Assembly: GCA_963668645.2 (NCBI GenBank)
Contig: CAXXWC010000018.1
Span: forward strand, 288,001 to 352,000
Source: Desulfobacterales bacterium
GTDB lineage: Bacteria; Desulfobacterota; Desulfobacteria; Desulfobacterales; UBA2174
DNA length: 64,000 bases
Reading direction: 5' to 3'
Made by a program: the position numbers and the translations under genes. Within the stretch, counting starts at the first letter, position 1. Every line of letters starts with the position of its first letter. This document shows, in pieces, positions 58,975 to 64,000 of this stretch. The notes beneath the pieces are model-generated. The model was not told the origin of the DNA, made no database searches, and was given only the letters and a program-made list of their open reading frames with translations.

Positions 58975-60107
58975 TTTAAAGATACCTGTCTCCAGCGGTG
59001 AAGTTCGCTTTTTGTGATAAAATCAGTGTAAAGACCATCTATCCCGTAAAAGCGTTTCAATATTTCATTGCACTCTTTTTCAACGTCGAGTTTCATATAG
59101 AGTTCAGGGTAAAAGAGTTTGGCCATATAGTAGATTTCACACAACCCCATTGCAGGGTCCCATCCTTTCATGAAACTTCGCGAGTAATACACGCGCCCAT
59201 TTCTTACCGCATTCACCGTCTGGAGGGCCGGATCGGAGAGGATAGTGGATACACGTACACCGACATTTTTTCTGGTCCACCACTGGAGCAAAATAATATC
59301 GGGGTTCCACACCGCCAACTGCTCTTTAGTAATGTCGAAAATCTCGTATGGCTTGATCCGGGCCTGCATGGCTGCGTTTATGCCTCCGGCCAGATCGATG
59401 GGATCATAGGGCGCAATCGTTTTAGGAGAATCTTCAACAGGCCACCCCCAAAAGAATACGTTTACGCGTTTTGTTTCAGGGATCTGGCGATTCTTTTCAA
59501 CGATTTTCTCAATTTTGCCCAGAGCATAAGCAACAAGTTCCTCCGCTCTTTTTTGTGTGCCCGTAATCTCGGCTACCAATCTGAGCATCTTGAAATCGAG
59601 GCATCCGGAGGATTTGAGGCAGGCAACCGGATGGCCTGTTTGCTCTTCAAGGGCTTTGGCCAGGCCCCCATATGAAGCATAAGTCAGAACAACATCCGGC
59701 TCCAGGGATTTTATCAGTTCAATGTTCGGCTCACGGCAGCTTCCCATGCTCAGAAGGTTTTTCAGGTGTGGTGCCGCCTTCGGCGACGCGAACCAGCAAC
59801 CGAAGGCTTTCCCTTCTTCTCCGTACATAAAATTTTTAACGACATCGTTTACGCCGACAAGCTTGTCGGCGACTCCAAGCTCAACCATTGTCCGTGTCCC
59901 GTCCAGCATCGCCAAATCCACCACTTTTTCAACTATAGTCGGGACCGTGACTTTTCTGTCCAAACAATCGGTTATTATTTTTTGATAACAGGTTCGTCCT
60001 TCCGGACTTTCTTGTTCTGTACCTCCTGCGGTTAAGTTGAAAATCAATAAGAGTGATAGTGTACATGTTAACAGGATCGTTTTTTCCCAACAATTTTTAA
60101 CTAACAT
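58971..60107 (-). CDS. Periplasmic iron/cobalamin-chelate binding protein
   Basis: ITDCLDRKVTVP, PNIELIKSLEPD, WNPDII, AVRNGRVY. Confidence 0.88.
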   Translation of the reverse strand: MLVKNCWEKTILLTCTLSLLLIFNLTAGGTEQESPEGRTCYQKIITDCLDRKVTVPTIVEKVVDLAMLDGTRTMVELGVADKLVGVNDVVKNFMYGEEGKAFGCWFASPKAAPHLKNLLSMGSCREPNIELIKSLEPDVVLTYASYGGLAKALEEQTGHPVACLKSSGCLDFKMLRLVAEITGTQKRAEELVAYALGKIEKIVEKNRQIPETKRVNVFFWGWPVEDSPKTIAPYDPIDLAGGINAAMQARIKPYEIFDITKEQLAVWNPDIILLQWWTRKNVGVRVSTILSDPALQTVNAVRNGRVYYSRSFMKGWDPAMGLCEIYYMAKLFYPELYMKLDVEKECNEILKRFYGIDGLYTDFITKSELHRWRQVSLN

Positions 60108-60180
60108 ATTTTTTTCTCCGATGATTCACTGAACATGATCCTGGCAAGTTCGGATTAGAACACTGAGAGACTATTACACA

Positions 60181-62346
60181 TTAAAAATCGAAGCTTAACG
60201 CAGCACCATATGTCCGATCCGTAGCTGGATAGCCACTGAGATTTTCATATTCTTCATCAAGTAAATTGTTGATATAGAGCTTGACCATGCCATTCTTCAG
60301 AGCGCCCCATTTTTCAAAAATGGTTTGCTGAATGGCAATGTCGAAAACATGATAATCATCTATTTTAATTTCTGTAAATACCCACTCATCCGGCGCGACC
60401 TCTTCCCCATTTTGAACAACCTGGTCATCTTGGTACTTATAATCAAAAAGCAGCAACGTGTTCTCAAATATATTATAGCGCAACCCGGCATTGACTCTGT
60501 TCTCAGCGATGTTGTCCACCGCTGTTTCCCCGGCCGGTTCGCCTCCTTCGTTGTCAAATTTTTGATATGCATAACCGATGTAAAATGAAAGATCGTCTGT
60601 AAAATGACCGCTTAACTGTACTTCGAGCCCATGCCGGGTGATCTTGTCAAGATTGATTATATAATCTTTGTATTCCAAGCCAGGTGTGACCGGATTGGTG
60701 CTGCTCGGGGTGTATTTCGCATAATCCCAATTCCAGGCAAGATAGTCTTTGATTTCATAGTAAGAGTAATTGACCTTCAGTTGAATGTCATTGACCAGCC
60801 TCCGTGATAACACTATATCATAACCGATTCCGTGTTCCGGTTCTGTCCATGCACCAGCCGGCATCCCTCTGGGGTTGAAATCGCCGAAATTGATCGGTGC
60901 CCTCCAGATTTTGCTGACGCCTAAAGAGACGGATGTGTCTCTGAGATTCGTGGCAAGGTCATCCAGTTCGTAAGTGAGAAACGATTTTGGCAGCCAATCA
61001 TCGAAACTGCGTTCGATCCATCGGGGCTTTCCGGTAATGAGCAGCTTGCCGGTGCTGGAGGAAAGGTTGTCGATCCAGATGTCGGCATGTTCGTAACGCA
61101 GGCCGGCGGTCAGTGTCAGGCGGGGTATAATCTGCCAGCAGTGCTGTGCGAAACCGGATATGAGCTCTACCCTTTTCTGGTCGTCAAAGGCAGCCGGCGA
61201 TCCCTGTTTTGAATCGTAACTGTCAAAAAATTGTTGGAGGTCGGTGCCGATAATGGTTTGATGTTGATCTGAAAAATTGATCGTATCCTGCAGCTTACCG
61301 CCCTGCTGGTGCCAAGTCGCTTCCCATCCGGCATCATAAACTCCTGTGGAATTTTTCCGTAAAGTTGTTCTTTCCCATTCTTCTTCAGTGTAATAGGCAT
61401 TCAGATCCCAGATACCAAGCGATGTCGGTTGATTGTAATTGATCCGGTAGGATGCCGCCGTTTCATCCCATTCGGGTTTTTGCCATTCGTAGTAAGAAGA
61501 GGTCGTTACAACAGGATCTCCGCTTTTATAGTCCGAAAGACCAGGATCGTTTTTTACGGGGATCTGCCGATTCGCGCTGGTGTGGGAAACAGTAAACGTG
61601 ACATAGCCGTCCGAAGGAAGGATATAGCCGATGCGGCCGAAAGCCGTGTCTATGTCCGCCACAGCATTTCTCAGATAGCCGTCAGTGGCGTATTTTTGAT
61701 ACCCTGTGTCATAGATGAAATCGCCGGCGCCGCCCCGGATGTATGCGCTGTGATTCTGGGTATCATAGGATTTATAGCTCGTCGAAAGTGATACTTGAGG
61801 CTTCAGGGTGTCATACCGCTTGGGTGTTTTGGTAATCAAATTGACCACCCCGCCTATGCTCTGGCCTGGATACAGGGCCGAGTGCGGACCGGGTAAAATT
61901 TCAATCTTTTCGAACAGGAATGTCGGTAGTAATGAATAATCCATCACATGAAAGGTCTGGCGGCCGCCGGGTTTATGAAGGTTGGATCCGTCGATGGCGG
62001 TAACAAAGCGGTTGCTGCTGAAACCGCGCATCCAGATGGTGTCGTCCCCGTCAACCAGATCCCCGGGCACCAGATCGGTCGCTCCCCGGAAGTCTATCAC
62101 AGGTTGATCCTTGATGATGTCACCGATATTCTGCGGTACTCCGGCAGTCTCATAAGTGTCGAGGTCAATGATGGTTTCTTCCGGCGTATAGGACAGCTCC
62201 GTAGCTGTGTTTTTTCCGGTGACCACTACATCATCCAGCTTATAGTCGCTTTTTTCTTCGGCCTTTGCCACATTTGAAAAAAACAAACATAACGATATAA
62301 ATAACAATAGGTTCATCTTCATTTCAGTTTTGCGAAACCATTTCAT
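60181..62346 (-). CDS. TonB-dependent outer-membrane receptor
   Basis: Signal peptide, LDDVVVTG TonB box, IEILPGPHSALY, GGVVNLITK, NNLLDEEY, C-terminal Phe. Confidence 0.92.
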   Translation of the reverse strand: MKWFRKTEMKMNLLLFISLCLFFSNVAKAEEKSDYKLDDVVVTGKNTATELSYTPEETIIDLDTYETAGVPQNIGDIIKDQPVIDFRGATDLVPGDLVDGDDTIWMRGFSSNRFVTAIDGSNLHKPGGRQTFHVMDYSLLPTFLFEKIEILPGPHSALYPGQSIGGVVNLITKTPKRYDTLKPQVSLSTSYKSYDTQNHSAYIRGGAGDFIYDTGYQKYATDGYLRNAVADIDTAFGRIGYILPSDGYVTFTVSHTSANRQIPVKNDPGLSDYKSGDPVVTTSSYYEWQKPEWDETAASYRINYNQPTSLGIWDLNAYYTEEEWERTTLRKNSTGVYDAGWEATWHQQGGKLQDTINFSDQHQTIIGTDLQQFFDSYDSKQGSPAAFDDQKRVELISGFAQHCWQIIPRLTLTAGLRYEHADIWIDNLSSSTGKLLITGKPRWIERSFDDWLPKSFLTYELDDLATNLRDTSVSLGVSKIWRAPINFGDFNPRGMPAGAWTEPEHGIGYDIVLSRRLVNDIQLKVNYSYYEIKDYLAWNWDYAKYTPSSTNPVTPGLEYKDYIINLDKITRHGLEVQLSGHFTDDLSFYIGYAYQKFDNEGGEPAGETAVDNIAENRVNAGLRYNIFENTLLLFDYKYQDDQVVQNGEEVAPDEWVFTEIKIDDYHVFDIAIQQTIFEKWGALKNGMVKLYINNLLDEEYENLSGYPATDRTYGAALSFDF

Positions 62347-62414
62347 TTCAACTTCCCTCCTGTACTCATCATTTACCAGTTAATCAAATCCGACATGTCC
62401 AAGATTCAAGTTCC

Positions 62415-62603
62415 AAAGAAAAAGCCATGATGCTACCTTCCCTTTTCCGGGAAGATGAAACCTTCATGGCTTTGGTTGATTTTATTTGATTGTCGCTTTG
62501 TAAACAGCGAAAGCTGTGATCCGGTTTTAGGTCATCCTGATTTCATGTCTTTTCAAAGACATGTACTGGACGGCTTCAGCCGTATGGTTATCCGGTTAAG
62601 CTT
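62415..62603 (-). promoter_or_regulatory. Structured 5' leader with terminator upstream of the TonB receptor (riboswitch-like candidate)
   Basis: Multi-stem element at 62511-62603, then an AAAGCCATGA...TCATGGCTTT hairpin with U-tract at 62415-62473. Confidence 0.5.
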
Positions 62604-62816
62604 ATTTCGCCACGCTTGAGCAACCGTCAAATATGATCGGATGATTGGTCATATTCTGTTATCGTATCTGTCGAACGTAAATCGCTTGATTTTGCGAGGC
62701 GGAACCCAGATGGGCAATGAATACAACAATCGAGATTATTTTGTCTTTTGCGAAAAGCACTCTTTTTTATGAATGCCGCACAACTATACTCTAATCAAGC
62801 ATTGTTTTGCAGGTCA

Positions 62817-63842
62817 TCAAGATATGGCGCCCGGCGGGAAAGGATCACTGGCATCTTCCCGGCGCACTGTTTTGGGGGTTTTGCCGAATTGCTTGCGAAA
62901 GGCAGTGGAGAAATTAGCTTGGTTGTTGTAGCCAACCGAGCGAGCGATTTCAGACAGGCTCAGATCCGTCTGCTTGAGAAGTGACCAGGATTTGAAAAGT
63001 CTGGCGTTGCGCAGCACATTGAATACAGTATTGCCATATAACTGTTTAAATCCCTGGTTCAGCTTGTTGCGGTTTGTCCCGACTGTGCGACTTAAATCGA
63101 CCAGACTTGGAGGGTTGTCAAGATTGCTCAGCAGGACATGGTACGCTTCTCTTGCCCTGTCCAGATCCTTGCGGTTCATATCCTCCGACACATCTCTGCG
63201 ATAATTTTGTTCCAGTTCGGCAAGCTTGAGGGTTACAAGTTCCAGAGATTTGGCCTCGAAGAACAATCTGCGAATTTTACCATCATAAGGACACTCTATG
63301 ATTTGCTTGAGGACAAAACAGGTTTCCCCGTTAAAACGGGACTGCTGATAAAAAGCTTGCCCCATAGGTGCACCGAACCTGGAACCGCATTTTTTAATAC
63401 ACTGGGGTCTTTCGTTGAAAAGTTCGTTGAAAGTATGAACGCAAAAGTGGAGTGAGACACCGACGACCCTCTCAGACGGCGAAATATGGACCTTTCCTCT
63501 TGTTTTGGGCAGATAAGCCAATACCCCATCTCCCGCTGATCTTTCCACCGTTCTTTTTCCAATGCCATCGCTTTCCATGGTACAGCGGACCCGTTGAGAC
63601 AAAGTATAACAGAAACTTACAGGTGCCTCATCGATTTCATAATCCATCTGAAAACCTTGAAGCATGCCATGACTGGCGACAATCATTCTAATACCGGGAC
63701 GGATGCTGATATTTTCGAAGTGTGAATCTCCACGGTAATCGTTATGGGTTATCTCCACTTCTCCAGATGGGATAGAATCTTCGGATGGTTTCGATAATTT
63801 CGAATTGCCGATCGTTCTCTTTACGTTGATATGCCGAATCAT
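62817..63842 (-). CDS. AraC-family (PchR-like) regulator
   Basis: FFEAKSLEL, PPSLVDLSRTVGTNRNKL, SEIARSVGYNNQANFSTAFRKQFGKTP. Confidence 0.9.
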   Translation of the reverse strand: MIRHINVKRTIGNSKLSKPSEDSIPSGEVEITHNDYRGDSHFENISIRPGIRMIVASHGMLQGFQMDYEIDEAPVSFCYTLSQRVRCTMESDGIGKRTVERSAGDGVLAYLPKTRGKVHISPSERVVGVSLHFCVHTFNELFNERPQCIKKCGSRFGAPMGQAFYQQSRFNGETCFVLKQIIECPYDGKIRRLFFEAKSLELVTLKLAELEQNYRRDVSEDMNRKDLDRAREAYHVLLSNLDNPPSLVDLSRTVGTNRNKLNQGFKQLYGNTVFNVLRNARLFKSWSLLKQTDLSLSEIARSVGYNNQANFSTAFRKQFGKTPKTVRREDASDPFPPGAIS

Positions 63843-64000
63843 TTTTTCTCCGGTAGCGGGCGAAACTGGATCATGTAGGTATACTTCAGCTCGACAAGGC
63901 TGAAGCGCTCGAAACCGCAGCGGCTGACGGCGGCCTCGACGACCTGGGGGGCCAGCCGGCGCTCCAGGGGCGGGCCGAATGGCCGGTCTTCACACTTCAG
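63839..64000 (-). CDS. C-terminal end of a probable SAM-dependent methyltransferase (partial)
   Basis: LKCEDRPFGPPLERRLAPQVVEAAVSRCGFE...YTYMIQF*. ATGA overlap with the AraC start. Confidence 0.5.
   Translation of the reverse strand: MKCEDRPFGPPLERRLAPQVVEAAVSRCGFERFSLVELKYTYMIQFRPLPEKK

Overview
Window from a GC-rich anaerobe, probably Desulfobacterota (inferred from gene content). The highlight is 1-10162, a composite lasso-peptide (RiPP) locus. Its AT-richer minus-strand arm encodes an HPr-kinase-like kinase, a sulfotransferase, a PqqD/RRE, a 49-aa precursor missed by the ORF track (2142-2291; predicted core AKNVTAAESASGLTTFGPS), an ATP-grasp ligase and a lasso cyclase that runs off the window edge. 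Its GC-richer plus-strand arm keeps an intact B2 peptidase, nucleotidyltransferase and ABC exporter, while the second copies of cyclase, ATP-grasp, RRE and kinase survive only as fragments around a dead IS1595. Next come an intact IS3 element, an MBL hydrolase and aroK, then an AT-rich catabolic island (about 13.6-29.9 kb). The island holds two IclR regulators, a LarA-domain protein, an ArgH-like lyase, a TTT transporter, an FAD/Fe-S 2-hydroxyacid dehydrogenase, a U32-like protein, panB and an IS21 nested in a decayed IS21. The backbone includes dinB, a NifA-like activator, GntR-trpBA, an amber-interrupted MFS gene, an orphan MotA/MotB-like pair, panE, a DAHP synthase-prephenate dehydratase fusion under a poly-Phe leader-peptide attenuator, a sigma54-driven cysteine desulfidase, a porin and a helical-repeat protein. 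The window ends with a TonB/ABC metal-chelate uptake operon that has a structured 5' leader and an ATPase frameshifted by a 25-bp duplication. No rRNA, tRNA or CRISPR array was seen. Family assignments come from motif recognition by eye, not database searches.
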